DNA from: Isurus oxyrinchus
Lineage: Eukaryota
Assembly: GCA_026770705.1 (NCBI GenBank)
Contig: JANJGN010000038.1
Location: 11,160,001-11,224,000, forward strand
Direction: 5' to 3'
DNA: 64,000 nt
Shown piece by piece: positions 53,312 through 64,000 of the stretch. The number at the start of each line of letters is the position of its first letter. Position 1 is the stretch's first letter. The position numbers and the translations under genes are program-made. The notes below the pieces were generated by a model. It was not told the origin of the DNA. It ran no database searches and saw only the letters and a program-made list of their open reading frames with translations.

Positions 53312-53810
53312 CCAGTTAACTCCACTTGCCTGGGTGAGCGCGGTTCCAACAACACACTAGAAGTTCGACACCATCCAGCACAAAGTCACTCAATTGTTGA
53401 CAGCTTATCTACCAGCTTCACCATTCACTCCCTCCACCACCGCTGCACAGCAGCAGCAGTGTGTGCCAATTACTAGATGCACTGCAGGAACTCATCAAGG
53501 CTCCTTCGATAGCACCTTTCACACCCCGACCTCTACCATCTAGAAAGACAAGGGCAACAGATACATGGGAACACCACCACCTGGAATTTCCTTCAAGGGC
53601 ACTCACCATTTTGACTTGGAAATGTATCGCTGCTTCTTCGCTGTCGCTGGGTCAAAATTATGGATCTCCCTTCCTAACAGCACTGTGTGTGTACTTGCAC
53701 TACATGGACTGTAGCGGTTCAAGAAGGCAGCTCACCATCACCTTCTCAAGGGCAATTAGGGATGGGCAGGGAAATGTTGGACTCACCAACGAAGCCCACG
53801 TCCCGTGAAA
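53312..53810 (+). mobile_element. LINE 3'-end fragment
   Basis: ccacttgcctgggtgagcgcggttccaacaacac...ccttctcaagggcaattagggatggg; same family as 24780-25200 and 57270-57595. Confidence 0.75.
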
Positions 53811-54589
53811 TAATAATAAATAATTTTCTAACTGATCATTGGGAACAGAAAAGCCGATTCTTGGAAACAAAATGGACAGCCTGATATCACTTTGTAAACA
53901 ATGGAAAACAACCCAATAGTTATTAAGAAATAGTTGCAGTATTAAACTATCTGCAATTAAAATGCTGGAACACTTTAGGATTTAACATATTCACCGAGGG
54001 CGGAGATGGGCTGAAGGTTATCACTGAAGTTAATGTAGGGGAATTATTCTTTATTCAGTTTTTTATTCAGAAAAGCGTTATTAGAAAATCGGAGATTTAA
54101 AGGAATGGGCAATTTCCCAGAGACAGAGACAGAGGGAGAGAGAGAGAGTTCAATAATTTTTAGTGAGTTAGACTCTGTCTCAGGTAGAGAGATGACAGAC
54201 ATTAAGTAAGTGTGCTGACAAACGCCCGTCTTAGCAAAGAAATGGTTAGTATCACATGAAATTCTAAACAAGAGCTCAACAAAATGTACTACAAATAAAT
54301 ATTTACGATATTAGGTGATCTGTAGTTACAGGTTGAATAAGAGAAAATAAAAAAAGCTGAAACATTCTGGTGAAGATAAATCTTTTATCTTTGCAGAATG
54401 ATATAGCATGATTTCATTTAACACAGACACACACAAAAGATGATGACTCATATGTAATTCTGTTGGCTGTAATGAAAATTAATATGAGAAGCTGCACGGA
54501 ACAACCAATCAATGGGAAACTTCTAGTTTTAGGCCAAAGTCAGAGGCCCATTTCTAACTCAACATCCACCTTATAGAGACATAGACAAG

Positions 54590-55865
54590 TGAATTAACAA
54601 CAGAGACAGAGTTTGGTGTGGTAATTACTGAGACAGGGCCTAGTGCAATTTAAGCAAGGACATTACAAGTGCAGAAATAATCGAGACAGCATCTAATGTT
54701 ACTTAAGCAAAGACGTGACCGAGTGCACGAATAACAGGGATGGGGACAAGAGCTATATTAACATAGACAGGGTCTACTGCTATAATAGCGGAGATGGGAA
54801 TACAGGGCCTGGATCAATATCAAGTGAAATAGGGCAGTTATTACAGGCACAGGGCCTAGAGTAATTGCTTCCTAGAGAGAGTCTAAGTCGTAATAATGGA
54901 GACTGCTGCCAGTGTAAGAGAGACAGGTATGATGTCGTGGAGTAAAATCAGGGAAAGGGAGAGTGGAATAGAAGCAGAGACAGAGGTACAAAGACAAAGC
55001 CTCTGCAGAGACAGGATCCATTTTAATTGAAAAGACAGACAAGGTCGTGTGTGATACAGGCTGATACAGAATCTAGTGTAACTTGTTCTGAAATGGTCTA
55101 GTGGAATATAAATGCAGACATGATTGAGTGTGTTATAAGCAGGGCCGCGATTAGTGGAACATAAGTGAGGCAGTGCAGTGTGTAGTAATAATTGAGACAG
55201 GATCTTGTGTAATACGAACCTGCCTAGTGTAGCAATAACACAGACCAGATCCAGTATAAGAAAACTGATACACGGTCTAGTGGAGCTTCACATAATCCAG
55301 CGCTCTTTGTAATATAATCTGACACAGTGTCTGGTGAATTAAATACCTGCAAAGGTACGAGATTAATAAAAACAGGGACATGCACTAGTACAGCAATAAG
55401 AGAGTAATGGTATAGGACAATAACAACAGAAACAGGGAATTGTGTGATATGAATGGAGGAATGTATTGGTGCAGCATTAACTGAGACAGGGTCCAGTTTG
55501 ATAGACAGGTGGCAGGTTCTACTGGAGTAATAGCTGAGACAGAGTCTTGTTAAATGCAAATAAAAACATGTTCCAATTTTCTATAACCAGAGACAAGCTC
55601 TAGTGCAGTGCCAACTGGGGCATGGCTTATTGTAACTTTAGCCGAGACCTGCTTCAGTGCAGTCATGACTGAGATAGTGCCAATTGTATTGTGGCCCTAG
55701 CCCAGTACATAAACAACTGTGACTGAGCCAATTACAGAAACAACTGATAGATGACCTTCTCTAATATGATTAGAGACATGTCCAAGTGTAATAGACATAG
55801 AAACGGCGTCTAATTTAATATGAACAGGGACAGTGTCAAATGCAGTAAAAATTGAGACAGCGCCT
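54590..55865. repeat. Highly decayed copies of the 27/54-bp satellite family
   Basis: Recurrent actgagacagggcctagtg / gagacagggtccag / taataattgagacag motifs at ~27-bp spacing. Confidence 0.65.
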
Positions 55866-55894
55866 GCTTCATGTGATGTGAGCAATCACGGTTA

Positions 55895-55928
55895 CACTGC
55901 CATCCACTGGTCGGTCTTTGCTATTACA
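55895..55928 (-). promoter_or_regulatory. Candidate CTCF binding site (core plus upstream module)
   Basis: Minus strand TGTAAT-N9-CGACCAGTGGATGGCAGTG; flanks are homologous to the 27.3 and 28.9 kb modules. Confidence 0.55.
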
Positions 55929-55998
55929 GATGTTGCGAAAATGTCGATTACATTTACTGTTTCTGAGATCAATGGTTAAAATCCGAAATAATGGAAAA

Positions 55999-56080
55999 CG
56001 TAGTCGACAGGATTTGAACCTGCGCGGGGTAACCCCAATGGATTTCAAATCCATCGCCTTAACCACTCGGCCACGACTAC
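55999..56080 (-). tRNA. tRNA-Ser(TGA), near intact
   Basis: GTAGTCGTGGCCGAGTGGTTAAGGCGATGGATTTGAAATCCATTGGGGTTACCCCGCGCAGGTTCAAATCCTGTCGACTACG: 82 nt, long variable arm, A and B boxes, TTTT terminator immediately downstream. Confidence 0.92.
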
Positions 56081-57269
56081 AGACCTGGAGAGTAAAACAT
56101 ATATATTTCATATATGAAATCATAGAATAGTTGCAGCAGAGAAAAAGCGTCTTCTTCCCACCCTGTCACTGCAACAACCCAGCCTTTTCCCCATAACCCT
56201 GCAATTCATACTGTCCCTCCTCGTTCTCCCTCCCAAACTGAGAATGAAAGAGAGAGAATGAAAGAGGAAGAGAAGTGATGGGTTTTGTAGATCCCAGGGA
56301 AAAGAGATTCCGGGAACAGTTCATGGTGACAGTTCACAAAGCAACAAGAAAACAACATTATTCCCTGAGGAGGGCCAGGAGTGGGAGCGTGTTTAGTTCA
56401 AACACAGAAGACTTGTTCAGCCAATAACAGCATCGGATCTGTTAGACATATACATGAAGTGAACAGTGAGGTGAAATAGTGCCACAAGCTGCGGAGGTGC
56501 AACTTTCAATTTCCAAGACCCACCATCCTCATCAGTGCTGCTCCTCTGAAACTTTCAAGGTCAATGTTGATCCTTTATATGGTGCCGTTCCCAGAACGAG
56601 ACACAGTCCTCCAGGTGTGACCTAACCAGGGCTTTGTATAGCTGCAGCAAACCTTTCCCTCTTTCCTATAACAGCCTCTGTAACAGGTTGTATAGACAGA
56701 GAGATTAGATTGTATCGATCGAATAAGAAAAATAAGGAGATGCTTCATCGGACTAAAATTCCTTTTCAAATTCCATTTGAAATGAACTTAATTTTTTTGA
56801 AAGCTGTATAAGAATCTCCAGCCTAACTCTTCATGTCACTGGGCCAGGGGAACTTTGTTAATTTTCACACACTGAGCAGGGACACGGCAGAAGCTCCTGC
56901 ACCTCTTTCAATATTGTTTTTCTTAACTCAGAGTTTTCGAAAGGGAATTGGATAATGACTTGAAAGGGAGAAAAACGATCAGGGTGATGGAGAAAGAGAA
57001 GGAAACTGCGACTAATTGGAAAGAACATTGTAAAAAGCTGATATTGATATGATGGTTTAAATGGTCTCCTCGCACACTCTGCCATTTTGTGATGATATCA
57101 CCAGATTAATTTGATGACAACATTTCTAAATGTGCCACGCGAATTCCATTTCTGTAAAACAAAGACCCAAAGTGCGGCTGCAGGACCTCACAGTTTAACA
57201 TAGTGTGCAGGTGCCTCTGGCTTTGTCAGGTATTGTTCTGTAGGGGAGTGGTTATCACATGTGCATGGA

Positions 57270-57595
57270 ATCACCAAGCCTCCTTAGACAGAACCTTCCA
57301 ATCCCACGACAATTACCATCTAGAAAAACAAGGACAGCAGATCGATGGGAACACGACCACCTGGAATTTCTCCTGCAAGGCACTCACCCTCTTGACTTGG
57401 AAATATGTCACTGTTTCTTCACTGTTGCTGGGTCAAAATCCTGGAACTCCCTTCCTAACAGCACTCTCGGTGTACCTACACCACAAAGACTGCTGAGTTT
57501 CAAGAAGGCAGCTCAGCAGCACCTTCTCAAGGGAAAATGGGATGGGCAATAAATGCTGGCCCAGCCAGCGAAGCCCACATCCCGAGAATGAATTA
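57270..57595 (+). mobile_element. LINE 3'-end fragment
   Basis: Ends ccttctcaagggaaaatgggatgggcaataaatgctggcccagccagcgaagcccacatcccgagaatgaat. Confidence 0.75.
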
Positions 57596-58109
57596 CAAAC
57601 TGTCTGCAGAATTAATCATAAATCTTCTTCTCATCCGTGTCACTCAAAGTTATTTTAGTTGCAAACATTCACTAAATTTGGAGTCTGAAACGGAACAATC
57701 ATTGGCCAGTTTGATGACACCGTTGTTTTCTGGGTCTTTGTCTCTCCTTAGGCCTCTGTCACTCTCGGTGTACATGACTGTGTGTGTTCCTCTCTGTGTG
57801 TCAATGTGATTCAGTCCCCCGAGGGGTTGTACACATTTTTTCCCATCACAAACGTTTTACACATTGGTTGTGCAGATTCACATTACAATGTAACAGAGAA
57901 AAGTATCAAGATAAAAGAGGAATTTGCAATGTTCTTGCATCCCATATCTTAACCTCTGCGTTTGCTTTGATGCACTGATGCCAGTCCCAGCTGTGGTGCC
58001 AAATCCCAGCTCCTGCTCCATTCATTCTGATAGAGATGATACACAGGATTTCTGCGTGTTTTATTACGGAGGGTCATCCCAGCACTTCGCCAAGGTTATT
58101 AAATCACTG

Positions 58110-58181
58110 CTTCTTCATCAGGAATCGAACCCACGCCCTGACTATGAAAGCACAGAATAGTAGCTATTGGGCCACCAGGGA
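58110..58181 (-). pseudogene. tRNA-Glu(TTC) pseudogene
   Basis: TCCCTGGTGGCCCAATAGCTA...CTTTCA...GGGTTCGATTCCTGATGAAGAAG; stems broken. Confidence 0.75.
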
Positions 58182-59384
58182 AGGTGCTCACAAGCCTCAC
58201 AACCTGGGTAAGCCATGCTACCTGTGCCTGTTATTTTCATTTCAAACCTCTTTCATTAGAGACATGCTTCACCCTCAAATTGACACGTTTATATAAAACG
58301 CAACAACATCCATCGTCAGACAGTTCCGGGTTGTTATTGGGTCCTTAAGCGACAAAGAGAAAATAATCCAACTCTCCTGTTGCTCAGCGGGTTCCAACAG
58401 CAGTGTTTTTTTATCTGAATATAAATGTAAAATATAATTTAACAACTGACCAACCAGGTACCTACAAATCTATGAAGTTATTGGATTCAAATAGACTCGT
58501 TAATGATTCCCTCTTCCTCAGCTCCGCAGTGAGTGAGACAGGGAAAAGCAGAAAAGCAGCAACATTCTGGCCCCGCACTGTCCAATCACCCGCTGCCAGC
58601 AAAAAGATACACTCACTTTCCTGAGTGTTTATTCTATGAAATGGTGAAGGGCGAATCTAAGACGCTTGTAAGATACTGTGCTCAGTTAATATCCAACAAC
58701 AAACAGGAACAAGGCAGTTTTCCTTTCACTTAAAAGGGCAAGTTTTGATAATGCTTCTGCATTAATAACTTATTTTGATAAAATGCATTTAATCTGTTGA
58801 AACGTCACAAGGCGTCCCCCGTGAACATTATATAATAAAGTGTGACACCGAGCCTCATATTCGATCAGAATACTAAAAGCTCGGTCAAAGGGGGAGGCTT
58901 TAAAAACTGTCTTAAAGGAGGAAAGTATCGATTTAATGTTCCAGCTAACAGCAATAGTTCTTCTCATTGGCGAAAGAAGTCTCCTGTGTTCAACCTAAAC
59001 AGACCAATTAGTAGGAGAAAGTTCTGTCTGGTGAAAAGATCGGGAATGAAAAAAAAAAGTGGAAAGTAACCTCTAAATGCCAAATGTCAAACCTTTCTGG
59101 TACTTTCTCTTATGTCTCATGACTGGGGATCGGCGCTTCCATTGGTCCACAGCGAATAGGGTGGAGGGTTTGGAAATTGAAAGTTACTCATGAGCAGCTT
59201 GTGGGACTATTTCACCTCACTGTCGAGTTCATGTTCCAGCTCACAGAAACCGTTGTTTTTATTGGCTGAAGAATTCGTTTGTGTTAAGGCTAAACAGGCA
59301 GTTTTGTGGTGAAAGAGATCTGAACTGAAAAACAATAGGCAAAAGCAGCGTGGATAAGCCAAATCGAAAAGCATTTTGATCGAT

Positions 59385-59456
59385 TCCTTGGTTGTCTAGT
59401 GGTTAGGCTACGGCGCTTTCAGCACCACAGCCCGGGTTCGATTCCCAGTAAGGAAA
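59385..59456 (+). pseudogene. tRNA-Glu(TTC) probable pseudogene
   Basis: TCCTTGGTTGTCTAGTGGTTAGGCTACGGCGCTTTCAGCACCACAGCCCGGGTTCGATTCCCAGTAAGGAAA; A and B boxes retained, anticodon and acceptor stems mismatched. Confidence 0.8.
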
Positions 59457-60451
59457 ATAAGGTTTGTTGAGTGTGGTCAATTTCTATTTGCGAACAGCTG
59501 CACCAAGAGTTAAAAGCTTAGCCTCACAGCAAGAAATATCACACTTCGAATAAGTCGCGAACAAACAGAAAAGAAGCAGGGCTGGTTGCAAGGCGAAATA
59601 TCGGTGGGAGAAGGATGATTGTTACTGTCTCCTATTTGCACCGGCACAAATATCCCTTCTGATCAATCAACTCCGCTTTGAAAACAGCGCGCCGGGCCCA
59701 ATGGGCTCTTTCTATGCTGTAATTATCTATAATGTTATGTTTCCCAACACCACCAACACTGCCTTTTTATAACCCACTCTAGATAAGTGCGCTTTCTTAC
59801 CTTGTATTCGGCTCGTCTGAAACCAAAACACGGAGCAATTCAGCGAGTTTTCTTGTCATTTCCAGCACGAGATTAGTCACGAGACTAAATGAGCGACACA
59901 TTAATGGTGCCAATCCTTCACTGGAGCTCACCGTGTGCAAAAAGCACTGTTATCATCAGCCTGTTCGGCACCTTCCTGCAGTACATCTGCTGAACAAATA
60001 TAAGCTTCTCACAGCTCTGCTTTCTTCACACTGAAATCCAGTATAAAAATGTGAACAATTTCAAAGCTGATTAACGTAGACAAGACTGGAAGGAGAGTGT
60101 GACTGTGGATAATCGGCACTGTGCACATTCCTGTAATCCGTACCTGGGGGAATCAGGAAGATGAGATCATGGTGTCTTTTTACTCTATGGTCTGCAAACC
60201 TATCGTCTTGTGTCTTACATTCCCACGAACTGACTGTGTCTGCATCAAGCAGCTAATTGACCCGGGAGTTGTAGGGGCAGAGGGAGCTGGAGGCGAGACA
60301 GTGACAGAAGCAGAAAGAAACGCGATATGAAAATGTTTTGAATTTGATGTCTGTCAGTTGGTGCCAGTGGTGAATGTCTGCCTTGCTGGTGCCACTGAAT
60401 GAGGTTGTGTTTTTTTTTGTTTTAGAGCAGCAAGATTGCAAATGACAACAG

Positions 60452-60524
60452 CCCCCAGCGTGGGGCTCCAACACATGACCCTGAAATTAAGCGTTTTATA
60501 TTCTATTAACTGAGGTAGCCGGGA
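60452..60524 (-). pseudogene. tRNA-Lys(CTT) pseudogene
   Basis: TCCCGGCTACCTCAGTTAATAGA...CTTAATTTCAGGGTCATGTGTTGGAGCCCCACGCTGGGGG is collinear with vertebrate Lys-CTT. Confidence 0.75.
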
Positions 60525-61089
60525 ATGGGGGAAGGAATCCTTCATATCCCAACACATATGGCGACAGACGTGTTTTTTTCACCAGGAGCCTCAGCTTGTT
60601 CTGAATCTGAGTGTAGAAGGGAGTCGACCTACAAAAGCCCCAAGGTTGCAATGCGTTCCTCTCAATCTCAGTAACATCGTTCACATCTTCCACTTCTTAG
60701 TTAGACGTCCTGCCAAAAATTTCAAACTCTCTCTTCATTTTTCATCCTCACATTTTTCTCTAACGTTTTAACATGAAGTTGTACAACAAATTTAAATAAA
60801 GTTAGTGATGGTAAAAATGTGTTCACCCCTCGGGGAACTGACTCACATTGACACACACAGAGGAACAGACACAAACATATGCACCGAGGGTGACAGAGGG
60901 CAATGGTTTGTCTCTAAGGAGAGGCAAATATTCATAAAGCAAGCATGACACCAAGTTTTATTCCAGTTCCAAGTTTCATGAGTGTTTTCGTGAACGAACA
61001 GAAATAGAAAAAAACCCAAGTGTTTGTATGGATTTTATTGCATTTAACCGATAATTAACTCTGTAGACACATTTTAAACCAGGAATAAT

Positions 61090-61149
61090 GACAAGTGGGA
61101 ATCTCAATGGACTTGGGCTCCATCACCTAAATCAATCGACCACGACAAC
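61090..61149 (-). pseudogene. Heavily decayed tRNA-Ser remnant (5' two-thirds)
   Basis: GTTGTCGTGGTCGATTGATTTAGGTGATGGAGCCCAAGTCCATTGAGATTCCC aligns to the Ser gene at 55999-56080. Confidence 0.55.
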
Positions 61150-61830
61150 CGGCCCTGTGCACAGGTTAATGTCGATGGTATAAAATCATAAATATCTACA
61201 GCAGAGGAAGACGACATTCTGCCCATCGTGACAATGCCAGCTGATGGCAAAAGGAATACAGCTAATTTGATAACCCCACATTTTCTCTACTACAATTCAA
61301 ATTGATATTGTCTCTCCTCGTTCTTCCTGTTAAAATGAAGAATGACAGGCATTTATTTTGACAGTGAGCTGGCACCTTTTGCATCATTCACGTTTGTAGT
61401 TGTATGTTAAGTGAATGTAATATATCTCAGTCACATTACATTTCCTCTTCACCACTTCACAGGATAAACCCTCAGCAAAGTGAGAAAATCTTTCAGCTGG
61501 CAGCGGGTGATTGGAGAGTGGGGGGCCGGAATATAGCTACTTTTCTGCTTTTCTCTGTCTCGCTCACTGTGGAGCCGAGAAAGAGAGAATCATTGACGGG
61601 TTTGTTTGAATCCAATAATTTCACAGGTGTCTATTGAGTTAGGTGTAATTATATAGTCGTTTATTGTTTTTTATTGTGTTTGAAATGAACATTCAAAACA
61701 AAAACATCGGTGTGGGAACACACTGGTTAAGGGTAAAGTTTGCGGAATAATTCCTTGCAGCTCAAGTAGCCAATGAGAGCCCGGAACTGTGTGACAATGA
61801 AAGCTGATAGGGAGAAAAAAGTGAAATCTT

Positions 61831-61904
61831 GGTCCCTGGGTGGTTTTGAACCATCAACTTTTTGCTTAACAGTTGAATGCGATAAACAATTGCACCACAG
61901 AGAC
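61831..61904 (-). pseudogene. tRNA-Asn(GTT) pseudogene
   Basis: GTCTCTGTGGTGCAATTGTTTATCGCATTCAACTGTTAAGCAAAAAGTTGATGGTTCAAAACCACCCAGGGAC; changes are mostly CpG-type transitions. Confidence 0.8.
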
Positions 61905-61987
61905 AGACGTAAGGCTGACTTGCCAACTTTCCTAAACCAGGGTGTCAGTGAATTTAAGCTTCAGATTGCTGCTACCGGGATGACAAT

Positions 61988-62125
61988 CCTAGTTCTGTTG
62001 AAGGGTCATGAGGACTCGAAACGTCAACTCTTTTCTTCTCCGCCGATGCTGCCAGACCTGCTGAGTTTTTCCAGGTAATTCTGTTTTTGTTTTGGATTTC
62101 CAGCATCCACAGTTTTTTTGTTTTT
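61988..62125 (+). mobile_element. Young Penelope-like/hammerhead-motif element with an 8-bp TSD
   Basis: AGTT-CTGTTGA-A-GGGTC-atgag-GACTC-GAAAC-GTC-AACT (61991-62029), then the arm and a T-rich end; TSD atgacaat at 61980-61987 and 62126-62133. Confidence 0.82.
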
Positions 62126-63262
62126 ATGACAATTGTTCTCTTCACTTTTACTCTTCCAAAATAAAGGGAGGGACGTTCACTGTGGATACATGGAAACAAT
62201 CTGATCCCACCCACTGCTGACACATCCATATCACCAGGAACGTGCTCTCCGACAACCGGTGCCGTCTTCTTTCCAGCCTTTCGGTGTCTTGACTGTTACC
62301 AAGTATTCTGATTGTCCTGAAGCCGATGTTAGGTTTGAGTTCCTGATGTACAGTAACGAGAATCATTTCAATCTCTCAGGTTAGTTAATTTCACTGATAA
62401 CTTCAGAGTCAATGTTCCAGCGTCTTAAAGAAGGGAAAGGTGCCTTGAATGTCTCTGGTCAGTCGAACAGATCACCCTTCATTCTCCTCTGATTCTGGTT
62501 CCCAAAGAGTTTCTAAAGATTCAGAAAGCTGGAGACTGGGTTTTCTGTTTTGCTTCCTTCTCCATTTTCCCACCTGCCAACTGACAATATTTTCCAAATA
62601 TTGAGGAGACAGTAAAGCCTTGAGACACAATTAGATCAGCCATGATCTTACTGAATGGCAGAGCAGGTTCAAAGGGCTGAATGGCCTCCTCCTGATCGTC
62701 ATTCGTCCCTTCCTGTGTCACAGCCCGAATCACTCCTGACTTTAGCAAACTGCTTTCGGAATTAATGATCAGTTAAATGAAATAAAAACCATTCAACTAT
62801 TTCCGTGTTTCTTATTTCCGTTCCTCTGCAAACATTCACTAAATTTGCAAGCTGAAATGGAACAATAATTGGCCAAGTTGGTGACATCCTTGTTTTCTGG
62901 GTGTTTGTCACTCTTGGTGTAAAGGTCTGTGTGTGTCAATGTACTTCAGTTCCCCGAGGGGTTGAACGCATTTTCACCATCACAAGCTTTATTCATATTG
63001 GTTGTGCAGTTTCATACTAAAATGTTACAGAGGCAATATCAAGATGAAAGATTGAAGAGGGGTTTGCAATGTTTGGAAGGAGGTGCAGCTAAGAAGTGGA
63101 AGATGTGAATGATGTTATTGATGATTGAGAGAAATGTATTGCAACCTTGGGGCTTTTGGAGGTCGATCCCCTTTGAAATTCAGAACAAGCTGAGGCTTGA
63201 GGTCTATAACAGCAGTGATCTCCAAGGATGTTGGGATGTGCAATACTTCGCTCTTCTTACAT

Positions 63263-63335
63263 GCCTGGCGAGTTCAGTCGACAGCGTCTGAGATTCTTAA
63301 TGCCAGGTTGTTGGGTTTGCGACCTGTGCTCGACG
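63263..63335 (+). pseudogene. tRNA-Lys(CTT) pseudogene
   Basis: GCCTGGCGAGTTCAGTCGACAG...GAGATTCTTAATGCCAGG...; its 5' flank is an inverted copy of the flank of the 60452-60524 gene. Confidence 0.7.
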
Positions 63336-63490
63336 AAATTCCCTTTTTAAACCTTGCTGCTTCCATGGGTGATCCCCAGGTCTCGATTCCTCCGGCAGTG
63401 TCACCGCTCAAACCGAATCTTTCTCCATCCTGCTTTGTTAATATCACAGCCGCTGGTTTCTGAGTGAAAACTGCTCTCTGCGTCATTGAA

Positions 63491-63562
63491 AGTCAGAGTA
63501 TTTAATTCAGAACATTTGGTGCTTTCACCGCTGCAGCCTAGGTTTAATTCCCGTACAGGGAA
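63491..63562 (+). pseudogene. tRNA-Glu(TTC) remnant (3' half recognisable)
   Basis: GGTGCTTTCACCGCTGCAGCCTAGGTTTAATTCCCGTACAGGGAA. Confidence 0.6.
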
Positions 63563-63624
63563 AACCTTTTCCTTTCCGTTGTGTGAACTATCACAATGAA
63601 TAGGAATTCCTTCTTGAATGAAAT

Positions 63625-63850
63625 CAGGTCTGGCAGCGTCTGTGGAGTGAGAAACAGAGATAATCTTCCAGCTGGATGATCTTTCATCAGACCTGGAAAA
63701 GTCAGAGATGTAACAGGTGGAAAACAAGTCCAGAGGCGGGAGGGAGGGGAGTGAAAGGACAAAAGGGAAGGACTGTGATAGGTTACAAGGCATGAGAGAG
63801 AAACTGACTAAAGGGATGATGGTGTAAAATGTGGGTAGGAATGGGACAGA
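63625..63850 (-). mobile_element. Older, longer Penelope-like pLTR remnant
   Basis: Arm aggtctggcagcgtctgtggag...; the minus strand has a pyrimidine-rich stretch leading into CTGATGA-A-AGATC (decayed hammerhead core). Confidence 0.55.
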
Positions 63851-64000
63851 TTTTTCTTCCTGCTGTTCAAACTGGGACAAATCTCACTGATCAACCAATC
63901 ACAACTGCTCTTTCAAAGCAGTGCGCCGGGCCGCATGGCCTCTTTCTGCGCTGTAACTTTCTATAATTATTTCATTTCTATCCTCACTGCTGTTGCCTTC

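Noticed and set aside
58165-58190. CTCF-like ggccaccagggaagg
   Set aside because: It is the reverse complement of the tRNA-Glu pseudogene 5' end and lacks the flanks of the CTCF modules

Overview
Vertebrate, almost certainly shark (elasmobranch), genomic DNA holding one complete cluster-type immunoglobulin heavy-chain locus on the + strand. The order is leader (32904), V, a single D and a single J (V-23RSS / 12-D-12 / 23RSS-J), then four IgM-type constant exons with a secretory tailpiece and TM1/TM2 exons (to 51835). Three things stand out in the gene. The leader and V look IgW-like although the constant region is clearly mu. The single 22-nt D looks like two fused 11-nt D segments. Cmu4 has a 1-bp frameshift in a C-run, so it is either a pseudogene or an assembly error. 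The first ~15.8 kb is a 54-bp (2x27) satellite with a ~6.9-kb homogeneous core that appears to have expanded from one monomer. A family of short elements carrying minimal hammerhead-ribozyme motifs (Penelope-like), four with clear target-site duplications (TSDs), is scattered through the window, including a hairpin copy in the J-C intron. Three paralogous CTCF-motif modules bracket the Ig cluster. The right end is a duplicated and mostly decayed tRNA gene cluster: one near-intact tRNA-Ser(TGA) plus Glu, Lys, Asn and Ser pseudogenes. The rest is CR1/L2-type LINE and SINE debris and microsatellites. Most ORFs in the supplied track are spurious. Family assignments come from recalled sequence patterns, not database searches.
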